From Candidatus Latescibacterota bacterium (GTDB lineage: Bacteria > Latescibacterota > UBA2968 > UBA8231): 64,000 nt of DNA. Position numbers and translations under genes: made by a program. The notes beneath the pieces were generated by a model, which was not told the DNA's origin, searched no databases, and saw only the letters and a program-made list of their open reading frames with translations. The stretch is from contig OZ241362.1 in assembly GCA_965200315.1 (NCBI GenBank), forward strand, positions 3,456,001-3,520,000, written 5' to 3'. This document shows, in pieces, positions 18,402 to 28,144 of this stretch (within the stretch, counting starts at the first letter, position 1; every line of letters starts with the position of its first letter).

Positions 18402-19675
18402 GGCTCAACTCCAAAGCGCCGATACCAGTCGTCCCTTCGGCTGAGCTCAGGTCGAAGCCTCGGCGCGGCGGGCGGCGCAGAGCGTCGGCGCCGGTACTGC
18501 GCAGCCGTCGCACCGCGCCGCGTCATTAGGTATCCGACGAGTGCCTTGAGGCTGTCGATATTGTGGGCGGGGGCAAAGAGGTCGATGTACGGCAAGGCGG
18601 CCTGCATGCCGCGCGTGGCGGGCCGGTAGTCCGGGCTGCCCAACAGGGGGTTGAGCCAGATTAGGCAGCGGCTGCGGCGCTGCAACGCACGCATACTTTC
18701 TTCGAGGATCTCAATGTCGCCGGTGTCCCAGCCGTCGCTGACGATGACCAGCGCGGTCTGGTGATCAACGAGATCGGCGTGTTTGCTGCGGAAGGTCTCC
18801 AGCGCAGTGCCGATGCGCGTACCGCCCGACCAGTCTGGCACCTGTGCGGCAATCGAGTCCAACCCCGCGCTTAGGTCGTTGCCCCTCAGCAGGGGCGCGA
18901 CGTGGTGTAGCGAGGTCGCAAACACAAACGTCTCGATGCGGCGATAGGCGTTTTGGAAAGCGTACATGAACTGGATCAAGAAGCGGCTGTACAGGTCCAT
19001 GGACTTACTGACATCGCACAGCAAGACCAGCTTGGGCTTCTGGCGGGTGCGGCGGCAATAAGAAAGGTCCAACAGCTCGCCGCCGCGGCGCAGGCTGGCG
19101 CGAAGGGTGCGCCGCAAGTCGAGGCGGCCCGGCGGGCGGGTGGGCCGATAGCGGCGGCTAAAGCGCGTGGCGAGCGTGCGGGCAATGGCTTGCAGCAATC
19201 GCCCGATCTCCTCCAGCTCTTCGGCGTTAAAGTCCTTAAAGTCGCGCTTTGTATGCACCTCGATGGGGCTGTACCCGGCGGCCTCGCGCTCCTCTTCGGT
19301 CGGCTCGCCCTGTTTGAGCCAATCGCGGACGCTCGTCAGGCCGTTCTTACCGGGTCGGCGGGCACTGGCTTTTCCAGAGGCAGAGGGCTCGGGCTGGGGC
19401 TGACCCAATTCGCCAGCGCGATCCCATACGGACCAATAGACATCGAAAAGCGCGTCGAAGAGCTGCTGCTCGGCCGGCGTCTTGGCCAAAATCGTCCGCA
19501 AGCTTAGCCGAAAGTCCTCCGGGTCTGACAGGTCAATGGCCGCGAGGGCGCGCAGCGCGTCTTGCTCCTCGCCCAAAGCCACGCCGGCACACTGGGTGCG
19601 CAACAGGCGGCAGAAGCCGACCACATTCGCGCTCAACGCGCCGTGCAATGCGATGTCGTCGATCTTGTGATTCAT
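18398..19675 (-). CDS. coxE: CoxE-like VWA-domain protein
   Basis: LDLRRTLR, MIDAS DVSKSM, WSGGTRIG, SDGWD, WLNP. Confidence 0.9.
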   Translation of the reverse strand: MNHKIDDIALHGALSANVVGFCRLLRTQCAGVALGEEQDALRALAAIDLSDPEDFRLSLRTILAKTPAEQQLFDALFDVYWSVWDRAGELGQPQPEPSASGKASARRPGKNGLTSVRDWLKQGEPTEEEREAAGYSPIEVHTKRDFKDFNAEELEEIGRLLQAIARTLATRFSRRYRPTRPPGRLDLRRTLRASLRRGGELLDLSYCRRTRQKPKLVLLCDVSKSMDLYSRFLIQFMYAFQNAYRRIETFVFATSLHHVAPLLRGNDLSAGLDSIAAQVPDWSGGTRIGTALETFRSKHADLVDHQTALVIVSDGWDTGDIEILEESMRALQRRSRCLIWLNPLLGSPDYRPATRGMQAALPYIDLFAPAHNIDSLKALVGYLMTRRGATAAQYRRRRSAPPAAPRLRPELSRRDDWYRRFGVEP

Positions 19676-20568
19676 CGTTCTGGAGCCAGCTTGGCGCGGA
19701 CCCCCAATCCTGCCAAGAACTCGGCCAGCGATTGCTTAACCTGCGCCACGTCGCGTTGGTCCTTGAACACAATGCCCAAGGTATCCGCCACGACTTCGAG
19801 GTCGAGGTGGTGCTGGTGCAGGGCGACGAGGGCCTTGGCCCAGTCGAGGGTTTCGGCGACGCCGGGGACCTTTTCGAGGCGCTGCAGGCGGATCTTTTCC
19901 ATGAAGCGACATATCTGCTCGGCGAGCTGGCCGTCGATCCCAGCGACCTTGCCGCGCACGATCTCCACTTCCTTGGCAAATTCCGGGTAGTCGATCCACA
20001 AATAGAAGCAGCGGCGGCGCACGGCGTCGGAAAGCTCGCGGGTGCGATTGCTAGTCAAGATCACGTGCGGCCGCGCCGCTGCGCAGATGGTGCCGATTTC
20101 CGGGATGGTGATCTGCCAGTCGGACAGCACTTCAAGGAGAAAGCTCTCAAATTCCTCGTCGGCCCGGTCGAGTTCGTCAATCAGCAGCACCGGCGGGACG
20201 GGCTGGGTAATGGCTTGCAGCAAGGGGCGCTTGAGCAGGAAGTCCTCGGAGAAAAGGTCGGCCTCGCGCTCGGCTAGGGGGCGTTGGCTGTTCTCGTCGA
20301 GCTTGAGGTGCAATAGCTGACGTTGGTAGTTCCACTCGTACAGGGCGGCGTGGGCATCTAGCCCTTCGTAGCACTGCAAGCGGATCAGCTCGGCGTCGAG
20401 GGCGCGGGCTACCACCTTGGCAACCTCGGTTTTGCCGACGCCAGCCGGCCCCTCGATGAGCAAGGGACGCTCCAAGGTCTGAGCGAGGTACACGGACATA
20501 ACAACTTGGCGATCGGCGACGTACCCATGCTCGGCGAGCATCTCTTGGATCTCAGCAGTGGCACTCAT
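19672..20568 (-). CDS. coxD: CoxD-like MoxR AAA+ ATPase
   Basis: EGPAGVGKT, RLQCYEGLD, LYEWNY, LLIDELDRAD, TSNRTRELSDAVRRRC. Confidence 0.9.
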   Translation of the reverse strand: MSATAEIQEMLAEHGYVADRQVVMSVYLAQTLERPLLIEGPAGVGKTEVAKVVARALDAELIRLQCYEGLDAHAALYEWNYQRQLLHLKLDENSQRPLAEREADLFSEDFLLKRPLLQAITQPVPPVLLIDELDRADEEFESFLLEVLSDWQITIPEIGTICAAARPHVILTSNRTRELSDAVRRRCFYLWIDYPEFAKEVEIVRGKVAGIDGQLAEQICRFMEKIRLQRLEKVPGVAETLDWAKALVALHQHHLDLEVVADTLGIVFKDQRDVAQVKQSLAEFLAGLGVRAKLAPER

Positions 20569-20647
20569 CAGGCCCCTCTCGTTGCGCGGTATAATGTCCT
20601 ATTCGCCGCCTGCACGGTCGGAGTCGCAGGCGGTGCAAGTTACCTAA

Positions 20648-20790
20648 CTGATTTACGCACAGGAGGCTTCTTGGGTAGGAGATGCTTCGCTTCGCTCAGC
20701 ATGCCAGCGTCGGCGTTCTTTCTTGTCATGCTGAGCGGAGCGAAGCGGAGTCGAAGCATCCAATACCTAGGTGTCCGTGCGTAACGTCAG
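20648..20790. mobile_element. MITE-like element with CTGA..TTACGCAC ends enclosing a long palindrome
   Basis: CTGATTTACGCAC / GTGCGTAACGTCAG; internal GATGCTTCG..CTCAGCATG / CATGCTGAG..CGAAGCATC; flanks TTACCTAA vs TGCCCTAA (6/8). Confidence 0.6.
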
Positions 20791-20913
20791 TGCCCTAATA
20801 TCACGTGCCGACTTCCGTACAGCAAGAACGTGCCGACGCCGCCTGACGTTGCCCACTATTAGGGATTCTCTATATTTTCAAGTCTCTTTTACTCCGTCTG
20901 TGGACGCCTTTGT

Positions 20914-21963
20914 ATGGCCCTTGAAACACCCGCCAAAACCGAGTTAGTGCGCGACCTTTTGGGCCGCCCGCTGGCCTCTTTGCGCGTGTCGGTAATCGAC
21001 CGTTGCGATCTGCGCTGCCAGTACTGCATGCCCGAAGAGCACTACTCTTGGCTGCCGAGTGCAGACATCCTCAACGTCTCCGAGCTTGAGCGCGTGGTCG
21101 ATGCCTTTTGCCAAGTTGGCGTTCGCAGCGTGCGCCTGACCGGCGGCGAGCCGCTATTGCGCACCGACCTGCTCGAACTCGTCGCCCGCCTCACACGGTT
21201 ACCACTGGTCGAGGACCTAGCGCTGACGACCAATGCGAGGCGACTGGCGAGCCAAGCTGAACCGCTACGAGAAGCCGGGCTGCGGCGTATCACCGTCAGC
21301 TTGGACTCGTTGCAGCCGGCGCGCTTTGAGGCCCTGACGCGGCGAGCCGCGCACGCCAAGGTCCTCGGGGGAATCCGCGCCGCCGCCGCAACTGGCTTTG
21401 ACGCGCTCAAGATCAATTCGGTCGTGATGCGCGGCTTCAACGACGACGAACTGGTGGATCTGCTCGAATTCGGACGGGAGGTGGGCGCGGAGGTCCGCTT
21501 CATCGAATACATGGACGTCGGCGGGGCCACGAACTGGTCGCTCGGAGAGGTGGTGTCTCAGCAGGAGATGCTAGCGAAGCTAGAAGCGCACTACGGGCCT
21601 ATCGAGCGCGAGGCGGGGCGGGGCTCTGCGCCCGCAGAGCGCTTCCGCCTGCGCGACGGGACGAGCTTTGGCATCGTCGCGTCGGTCACCGAGCCGTTCT
21701 GCGGGGCCTGCGATCGCAGCCGCCTAACAGCCGACGGCCTGTGGTACTTGTGCCTCTATGCTCAGCAGGGCACCGACCTGAAGCCTTTGCTGCGCAACGG
21801 AGCGGACCGCGAGCGATTAGTGCGACGCATTTGCGCCGGGTGGGCGGGACGAACGGACCGCAGCGCCGAAGAGCGGCGCGATGATCCGCACCGCGGCGTG
21901 CTCTATCAAGTCGCGGAATTGCAAGCCGATCCGCACCGCGAGATGCACACCCGCGGCGGCTGA
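20914..21963 (+). CDS. moaA: GTP 3',8-cyclase MoaA
   Basis: CDLRCQYC radical-SAM motif, LTGGEPL, FCGACDRSRL, C-terminal GG. Confidence 0.95.
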   Translation: MALETPAKTELVRDLLGRPLASLRVSVIDRCDLRCQYCMPEEHYSWLPSADILNVSELERVVDAFCQVGVRSVRLTGGEPLLRTDLLELVARLTRLPLVEDLALTTNARRLASQAEPLREAGLRRITVSLDSLQPARFEALTRRAAHAKVLGGIRAAAATGFDALKINSVVMRGFNDDELVDLLEFGREVGAEVRFIEYMDVGGATNWSLGEVVSQQEMLAKLEAHYGPIEREAGRGSAPAERFRLRDGTSFGIVASVTEPFCGACDRSRLTADGLWYLCLYAQQGTDLKPLLRNGADRERLVRRICAGWAGRTDRSAEERRDDPHRGVLYQVAELQADPHREMHTRGG

Positions 21964-21983
21964 GCCGCACCTTCCCCCACTAC

Positions 21984-24095
21984 ATGGATTACGCTCGCGC
22001 CAAACGCTATTTGGACGCCTTGCCCGATTGGGAGGTTGGCCGTCCAGCAGTCGGGCCTCTCGCGGATTACCTGCCGAGAATGTGCGCCCTGCTGGACCGC
22101 CTCGGCGACCCGCAGACGCACTTCCGCTCAATCATTGTCGGCGGCACCAACGGCAAGGGAACAGTCGCTAGCTTGCTCGCCGCCATCCTCAAGGCACACG
22201 GGCACAAGGCCGGGCTGTACACCTCGCCGCACCTGCACACCCAGCGCGAGCGGATCCGCATGGACGGCGATATGCTCAGCAAGGAACAATGGGCCGACGC
22301 CGTGTCGCACCTCGACGATTGCACCCGCGACTTTGGCCGAGAGGCGTTGGGCTCGTTTAGCAAGTTTGAGGCCCTAACCGGCCTCGCGGCCCATCTCTTC
22401 GCGCAGCAGAAGGTAGAGTTCGGGATTTTTGAGGTAGGGCTAGGGGGGCGTTATGACGCGACCAACGCTTGGGACTCGGAGCTGGCCGTTCTGACGGCTA
22501 TTGGCCTAGACCACGTGGACCTGCTGGGCAATACCTTGGAGGAAATCGCCGCTGACAAGCTGCACATCGCCCGGTCGGGTCGTGCGCTCATTACTACGGC
22601 GGCGCAGTCCCCCGAGGTTATGGACCTAATCCGGCAGACCTGTGCAAAAAAAGAAGTGAAGTTGCAAATCGCCGGAACGGAATGGCCCCTAAGTCACCTA
22701 ACGGGCTGTCCAGCGACCTACGCGGAAAATGCGCGGCTAGCCCTTGAAGCGGCGCAGGGACTCGTCCAATGCCTAGACGACGAGATAATGCACCAAGTCG
22801 TGGCCGCCCATCACTGGCCGGGTCGCTTTGAAGTGGCGCACGAGAGGCCGTTGGTCTTGCTCGACGGTGCGCATAATCCAGCGGCTGCTGAGGCGTTGGC
22901 CGGGGAGTTACAGCGGCTGAGCGGCGAGCGTCCCGGCGCCAATACTGACGACTCATGGGTACTGGTCGTCGGCGCGGGAACAGGGCACGATGCGGCGGGG
23001 ATTTTGCACTCCCTAGCACCGGTGGCGCAGCGGGTCTTGCTGACTTCATCGGACCATCCACGGGCGCAGGCACCAGCGGTACTAGCAGACCTAGCACCGG
23101 ACGGTCTAGCCGTCGAGCAGGTCCCTACAAGCAGCCAAGCTCTCAAGCGCGCGCTGGCACTGGCGGGCCGTAAAGGTCGAGTCTGCGTGGCCGGGTCGCT
23201 GCACTTGGTGGCGCGGGCGCGGGAGTTTTTCAACCTGCCCGGCGAGCGCGACAGCATCACCGAAGACATGGCGCTGGAGAATCTGGAGTGCGTCGCCGAA
23301 GCGGGCCGGCGACAGGGACTCATCTGTGAGTGGATTTCGGACGACGGCACGCGGCTCAAGCTGTCGGGCGGACGGCGGCCCCTGCGCTTCTGGCGCAACA
23401 AGCATCCCTTCAACGACTACGTCGAAGCCCGGCTCGCCGAAGACAAGGCGTACCAATACGAGGATTTCACCGCGGCCGGATTGCCAGTCCCCGATACGCT
23501 CAAGCTCTTCAACCCGCTGGCCGACGCGCGCTTCGATCGCTACAAGAGCCACGCCACAGTCGCGGAGATCGTCGAGGAGGTCGTGGCGCGGTTCGCGTTC
23601 CCCCTATTGGTCAAGAAGTGCCACAGCTCACTGGCGCAGGGCGTGTTCTTGGAGCGCAACTCAACAGACCTCGGTACGCGGCTCGAAGCCCTCTTTGCCA
23701 ACAGCGCCTTTTTGGACAACATCGCACTGGTGCAGCAATACGTGGCCGGGCCAGAGTATCGGATCGTCGCTAGCCGCGACGAACTGTTGCTGGCCTATCG
23801 CAAGGAGAGCGAGGCCGTAGGCGCAGACGGGGACCTCAATCCGCTGCATCAAGCCACAGGGCGCGCCGTGCGCTTAGAAGACGCGGCCCTGCTAGCGCAA
23901 ATGCAACAGCTAACCTCGCAAGTGGCCGGCGTGTTCTCGCTCGGTTTTTACGCCATCGACCTCATCCACGGCGCGGACGGTTTCTCCATTATCGAGATCA
24001 ATCCCAACCCCATGTGCTACGCTTACAACCGCGACAACGGCCGCCGGGACTTCATTCGGCTATACGAGCGGCTGCTCACCCAATTTGCCCTGTAA
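21984..24095 (+). CDS. folC: FolC-type folylpolyglutamate/dihydrofolate synthase fused to a C-terminal ATP-grasp ligase domain
   Basis: GTNGKG, YTSPHL, EVGLGGRYDATN, WPGRFE, LDGAHNP, GSLHLV; then DKAYQY, GLPVP, FPLLVK, QQYV..EYRI, AIDLI..IIEINPNP. Confidence 0.8.
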   Translation: MDYARAKRYLDALPDWEVGRPAVGPLADYLPRMCALLDRLGDPQTHFRSIIVGGTNGKGTVASLLAAILKAHGHKAGLYTSPHLHTQRERIRMDGDMLSKEQWADAVSHLDDCTRDFGREALGSFSKFEALTGLAAHLFAQQKVEFGIFEVGLGGRYDATNAWDSELAVLTAIGLDHVDLLGNTLEEIAADKLHIARSGRALITTAAQSPEVMDLIRQTCAKKEVKLQIAGTEWPLSHLTGCPATYAENARLALEAAQGLVQCLDDEIMHQVVAAHHWPGRFEVAHERPLVLLDGAHNPAAAEALAGELQRLSGERPGANTDDSWVLVVGAGTGHDAAGILHSLAPVAQRVLLTSSDHPRAQAPAVLADLAPDGLAVEQVPTSSQALKRALALAGRKGRVCVAGSLHLVARAREFFNLPGERDSITEDMALENLECVAEAGRRQGLICEWISDDGTRLKLSGGRRPLRFWRNKHPFNDYVEARLAEDKAYQYEDFTAAGLPVPDTLKLFNPLADARFDRYKSHATVAEIVEEVVARFAFPLLVKKCHSSLAQGVFLERNSTDLGTRLEALFANSAFLDNIALVQQYVAGPEYRIVASRDELLLAYRKESEAVGADGDLNPLHQATGRAVRLEDAALLAQMQQLTSQVAGVFSLGFYAIDLIHGADGFSIIEINPNPMCYAYNRDNGRRDFIRLYERLLTQFAL

Positions 24096-24113
24096 ACCCG
24101 TTAGGAAACCTCA

Positions 24114-25250
24114 ATGGATATTCAGACCCGACTCGTCCATACTGGCGAGGAGCGCATCAAAGGTGCCGTGGTGACACCGATCTTCCAGAGCTCGACTTTT
24201 GTCTCGCAAGACGAGCAGGACTACGACGCCATCCGCTATCTCCGCCTCAACAACACGCCCAACCACCGCGCCCTGCATGCCAAACTGGCCGCTATCTGCG
24301 GCGGCGAGGACGCCTTGGTCGCCGGCTCGGGAATGGCGGCGATCACCACCGCATTGATAACCGTGCTCAACAGCGGCGATCACCTGCTGATCCAAGACTG
24401 CCTCTACGGGGGGACGCACAGCTTTGTGACGCAGGATGCGCCGGGCTTGGGGCTGCGCTACGACTTTATCGCCGGCAACGCGCCTGAGACGTGGGCGGCC
24501 AAGCTGCGGCCCGAGACGCGGGCGATCTACGTGGAGACCATGACCAACCCACTGATGGAGGTAGCGGATTTAGAGTCGGTCGTGGCGTTTGCTCGCGAGC
24601 ACGGGCTAGTGTCCCTGATCGACAATACCTTTGCCTCGCCGTGCAACTTCCGCCCGCTGGAAATCGGGTTTGACATAGAGCTGCACAGCGCGACCAAATA
24701 CCTCAACGGCCATTCGGACCTCGTTGCGGGCGCGGTCGTCGGCTCGGCGGCATACATCAAGGCCATTCGGCACAAGCTGAATCACTTGGGCGGCTCGCTG
24801 GATGTCCACGCCTGCTTTCTGCTGCAACGGGGCTTGAAGACCCTGTCGCTGAGGATGCGGCAACACGACGAAAATGGGTTGCGGCTGGCACGCTTTTTGG
24901 CCGAGCAGGCGCAGGTAGCGCGAGTGAACTACCCAGGACTAAAAGGCCATACGCAATACGAGCGGGCGCAGCGGCTGTTTGCCGGGGCGGGCGGCGTGTT
25001 GAGCTTTGAGCTGCACGGGGGCGTGGAGGCGGCCGAGCGGTTGCTGTCCAAGCTGGTTCTGCCAGCGTCAGCCCCCAGTCTCGGCGGGGTCGAAACCCTC
25101 ATCACTCGGCCCGTCACCACGTCGCACAGCGGCTTGAGCCGAGAGGAGCTAGCGGCCATGGGCCTAGCCGACGGCTTGGTGCGAGTGGCGTGCGGCATTG
25201 AGGCCGCCGAGGATTTGTGCGCGGACTTTGCGCAGGCGCTGGCTGGATAG
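24114..25250 (+). CDS. Cys/Met metabolism PLP enzyme (cystathionine gamma-lyase/synthase family)
   Basis: PIFQSSTF, SGMAAI, YGGT, ETMTNP, DNTFASP, HSATKYLNGHSD, SLGGVETL. Confidence 0.92.
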   Translation: MDIQTRLVHTGEERIKGAVVTPIFQSSTFVSQDEQDYDAIRYLRLNNTPNHRALHAKLAAICGGEDALVAGSGMAAITTALITVLNSGDHLLIQDCLYGGTHSFVTQDAPGLGLRYDFIAGNAPETWAAKLRPETRAIYVETMTNPLMEVADLESVVAFAREHGLVSLIDNTFASPCNFRPLEIGFDIELHSATKYLNGHSDLVAGAVVGSAAYIKAIRHKLNHLGGSLDVHACFLLQRGLKTLSLRMRQHDENGLRLARFLAEQAQVARVNYPGLKGHTQYERAQRLFAGAGGVLSFELHGGVEAAERLLSKLVLPASAPSLGGVETLITRPVTTSHSGLSREELAAMGLADGLVRVACGIEAAEDLCADFAQALAG

Positions 25251-25259
25251 TTCTGTTAC

Positions 25260-26301
25260 GGAACCTCTGATCAAGTTAAATTTTTAAAAACCGGAAGATT
25301 TGGTTGAATTTTAGTTCTGTATCGACGAGCTAATAGTTTTCTTTCGGGGTGTATTGGTACCCTTTTTTTGTTCTAATCTGGGCTGTAGACGGATTGCGCC
25401 CTACGTCGCCGCTAATGCTCTACGTGCTAGGTATACATTGGCCAACGCAAACAAGGTGAACCCCTGGGCGGCGTTCTTGGCCAAGCCGCGATAGCGCACC
25501 TTGCTATAGCCCCATAGGTGCTTGATGATGCCAAAGGAATGTTCGACCCGGGCGCGTGTGCGGTTACTCTTTCGGTTAAACGAGCGGTCCGCACCGGTGA
25601 GTTTCCTACCGCGCGTGGCCTTGCGCAGGACGCGCCATGCAATTCCCTCAGCTTGGGCGTCCTGCTGGCGTTGGGCATCCACATAGGCTTTGTCGCCATA
25701 AATGGCCTCTTCGGCGCCATGCAAACACTCGTCCATCCTCTGCCAATCATGCACCGACGCCGAGGTCACTACGACGGGATGTACCCGTCCCTGAAGATCA
25801 CTACCCACGTGCGCTTTGAGACCCAAATGCCACGTCGTTCCCTTCTTGGTCGAACCCATCTGCGGAGCCCGGGCCTGATCCCGGTTCTGGGTCGAAGTCG
25901 GCGCCGTGAGCATGGTCGCGTCCACAATGGTACCTTCGCGCAGGAGCAAACCTCGATCCGACAAATACTGACCGATGCATTCAAACAAGCACTCCGTCAA
26001 CTGATGCCGTTCCAAAAAATGGCGAAATTTGCCGATCGTCGTCTCATCTGGAATGGCATCCAACGCCGCCCCCGCAAAGCGGCGCATCGACGCTATGTCA
26101 TACAGACTATCCTCCATCGCCGGGCCGGAAAGCCCATACCATTGTGGCATGAAATAGAGGCGCAACATCGTTTCCGCAGCAAGCGGACGACGACCCCGAC
26201 CCGGCTTGGGATAATGCCGAAGAATCGGTGGCAGAAGGGCATCCCACGGCAACAATTCATTCATCTCGCCGAGAAAGCGCTCTTGGCGCGTTGTTTTCTT
26301 T
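25260..26301 (-). mobile_element. IS5-family element, 5'-truncated at the IS1595 boundary; transposase remnant 25401-26301
   Basis: RFLGEM..PW, PDETTI..FRH, GTIVDAT, GLKAHVG, YGDKAY, RARVEH.F..IK; IR-like GGAACCTCTGATCAAG at 25260. Confidence 0.85.
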
Positions 26302-26357
26302 GGCAATTAGTATTTAAGGGCTTGACTGTCCCTTGATTCTCTAGTACTTTTCTCTGT

Positions 26358-26868
26358 ATGAACAGAGTTAGACTTGGCGATATTTGTACCGTCCGCAAGG
26401 GGGCTGCTCCGACCGCCTTTGATGGAGATATACCCTATCTGACGATGGAGTACCTTCGCGGGGAAAAAAACGAACCGCCGCTAGTCAAACCCGATTCTAA
26501 TAGCCTTCTGGCGTCCGATGGAGACATCCTACTGCTATGGGATGGGGCAAACGCTGGGGACTTTATACGAGCCAAGAGAGGCGTAGTATCTTCGACGGTT
26601 GCCCTGCTTAATCCCAATACTCAAATCGTTGATCTTGACTTTTTCTACGCAGCCTGTAAGAGAAAAAGCAACAAGAACGGGTACTACGATCCCCCACGTA
26701 CATGGGAAATCTCTTGCAACTATCCTCTTCGATCTACCCCCCCTCTCCGAACAACAAGTTATAGCGGAACTATTGGGGAAAGCCCGTCAAAGCGTTGAAT
26801 TAGCCCAGCAGCTAACCGAAAAATACCGACTACAAGAAAAAGCACTAAGGAAACGTTTGATACCATGA
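26358..26868 (+). pseudogene. Single-TRD HsdS-like (type I R-M specificity) passenger gene, frameshifted near 26660
   Basis: VRLGDICTVRKG, GDILLLWDGANAG; then in the +1 frame TGTTIPHV, LPPLSEQQVIAELL. Confidence 0.75.
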
Positions 26869-26870
26869 GA

Positions 26871-26902
26871 AAGCCCGTAGAAGGTGCGAACTTCTACGGG
26901 CT
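26871..26902. terminator. Strong hairpin after the HsdS-like passenger (terminator or regulatory stem)
   Basis: AGCCCGTAGAAG-N8-CTTCTACGGGCT perfect 12-bp stem; no long U-tract. Confidence 0.5.
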
Positions 26903-26935
26903 AAGTACTACCCCTAACCAACAGAAAGGACGACG

Positions 26936-27187
26936 ATGGCGATTGTGCCAATTACGGGGAAAAATCTCTTGCATGTACTAGCCGAGATGGGGATAGAAAA
27001 ACAATTTCAAATCTATAAGGCAGGAGAGATTCGCGTTTTGCCTGTTGAGCCGGACCCTGCTTCTCACTTTTTGCTGTCTTTCGATGAATGCCACTATTTG
27101 ATTCCTCGAAATGAGGCTCTTGTACTGGCTGATTTTTTTGCAAATTACCACCAGAACCACCCTGCTGAGGAGCAGTCATTTGATTGA
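26936..27187 (+). CDS. Small hypothetical passenger protein in the IS1595
   Basis: 83-aa ORF with GAAAGGA RBS, converging on the transposase. Confidence 0.55.
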   Translation: MAIVPITGKNLLHVLAEMGIEKQFQIYKAGEIRVLPVEPDPASHFLLSFDECHYLIPRNEALVLADFFANYHQNHPAEEQSFD

Positions 27188-27197
27188 CTCCGTATGG

Positions 27198-28070
27198 CTA
27201 CGCAAAGCAGGCCCGCAAGAAACCGTTGAAGGCGTCGGCGTCTTTGCGGTGGTTGTATTTCCAGACCGCTTCTGCTACGAACAAGGGCGACCAACCTTTC
27301 GTGTACTTATGATGCGAGCCGTACCAAGCGCGTTTGAGCAACGACCAAAAGCCTTCAATGGTATTGGTGTGTAGGGTCTTGTTGCTGGCGTCAACGTATT
27401 CCTCGGTGCGGTGGTTGACGGTGCGGTGCGGCATCAGCTTGTGAGCGTTGAAATAAACCGTGTACTCGTCCGTAATCAACGACGATTCTTCTACCTCGAC
27501 AGACTGCGCGATAAAGTCCAAGACGGTCGCGGCCTTAGTGTCGTCTGGTACAGCGGCTTTGACGCGCCCCCCGCGCTGGACGGCTCCAACGACGGGCGTT
27601 TTGCCAGTACCGCGCCCGCGCTTGTTGTTGTCGTTCTTGTAGCGAGGCTTACCGCCTACATACGTTTCGTCGGCCTCGATGATGCCGCGCAGTAGGGCCT
27701 TTTCGTCCGATGCCATAGCGGCGCGAATCCGCTGTTGCATGAACCACGCGCTTTTCTGGTTGAGTTCCAGATCGCGGGCTAGCTGGCAACTCGACAAGCT
27801 CTTTTTGGCGTTGGCCATTAGCGAGATGGCCAAGAACCACTTTTGCAGCGGGATTTTGGTCCCCTGAAAAATGGTTTGGGACAAGACATTAAAACTAGAA
27901 TGGCAGCCGTGGCAGTTCCAGCGGCCTACACGCTCATTCTCCGCTTTGCGGGCAACATCACAATCGCCGCACAGCGGGCAATAGGGGTCATTATTCCAGC
28001 GGATTTGCTCTAGATGAGCGATGCAAGCGGCTTGGTCGGGGTACTGATTGAAGATGCTTATTAGGTTCAT
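27198..28070 (-). CDS. IS1595-family transposase
   Basis: Zn ribbon CPLC..CHGC, IEADETYVGG, LITDEY, HTNTIEGFWSLLKR; AAAGGAGG RBS before the ATG at 28070. Confidence 0.93.
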   Translation of the reverse strand: MNLISIFNQYPDQAACIAHLEQIRWNNDPYCPLCGDCDVARKAENERVGRWNCHGCHSSFNVLSQTIFQGTKIPLQKWFLAISLMANAKKSLSSCQLARDLELNQKSAWFMQQRIRAAMASDEKALLRGIIEADETYVGGKPRYKNDNNKRGRGTGKTPVVGAVQRGGRVKAAVPDDTKAATVLDFIAQSVEVEESSLITDEYTVYFNAHKLMPHRTVNHRTEEYVDASNKTLHTNTIEGFWSLLKRAWYGSHHKYTKGWSPLFVAEAVWKYNHRKDADAFNGFLRACFA

Positions 28071-28144
28071 TTTCGTACCTCCTTTAACTACTATAAAGAT
28101 AGGAAAATAAAGAAAATATGGCAAGCCCTTAAATACTAATTGCC

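Larger units (their letters stand above)
26302..28144 (-). mobile_element. IS1595-family element carrying passenger genes
   Basis: Perfect 23-bp terminal inverted repeats GGCAATTAGTATTTAAGGGCTTG (26302-26324, 28122-28144); no matching TSD. Confidence 0.92.

Noticed and set aside
20821-20836. Sigma54 promoter for coxD (minus strand GGCACGTTCTTGC)
   Set aside because: GG-to-GC spacing is 9 nt instead of the required 10.
21984-24095. Cyanophycin synthetase
   Set aside because: Domain order is reversed, the ligase motifs are FolC-specific, and no cyanophycinase is nearby.
26650-26675. Programmed frameshift in the HsdS-like passenger
   Set aside because: The required shift is +1, there is no canonical slippery heptamer with a stimulator, and residues seem to be missing; a mutation is more likely.
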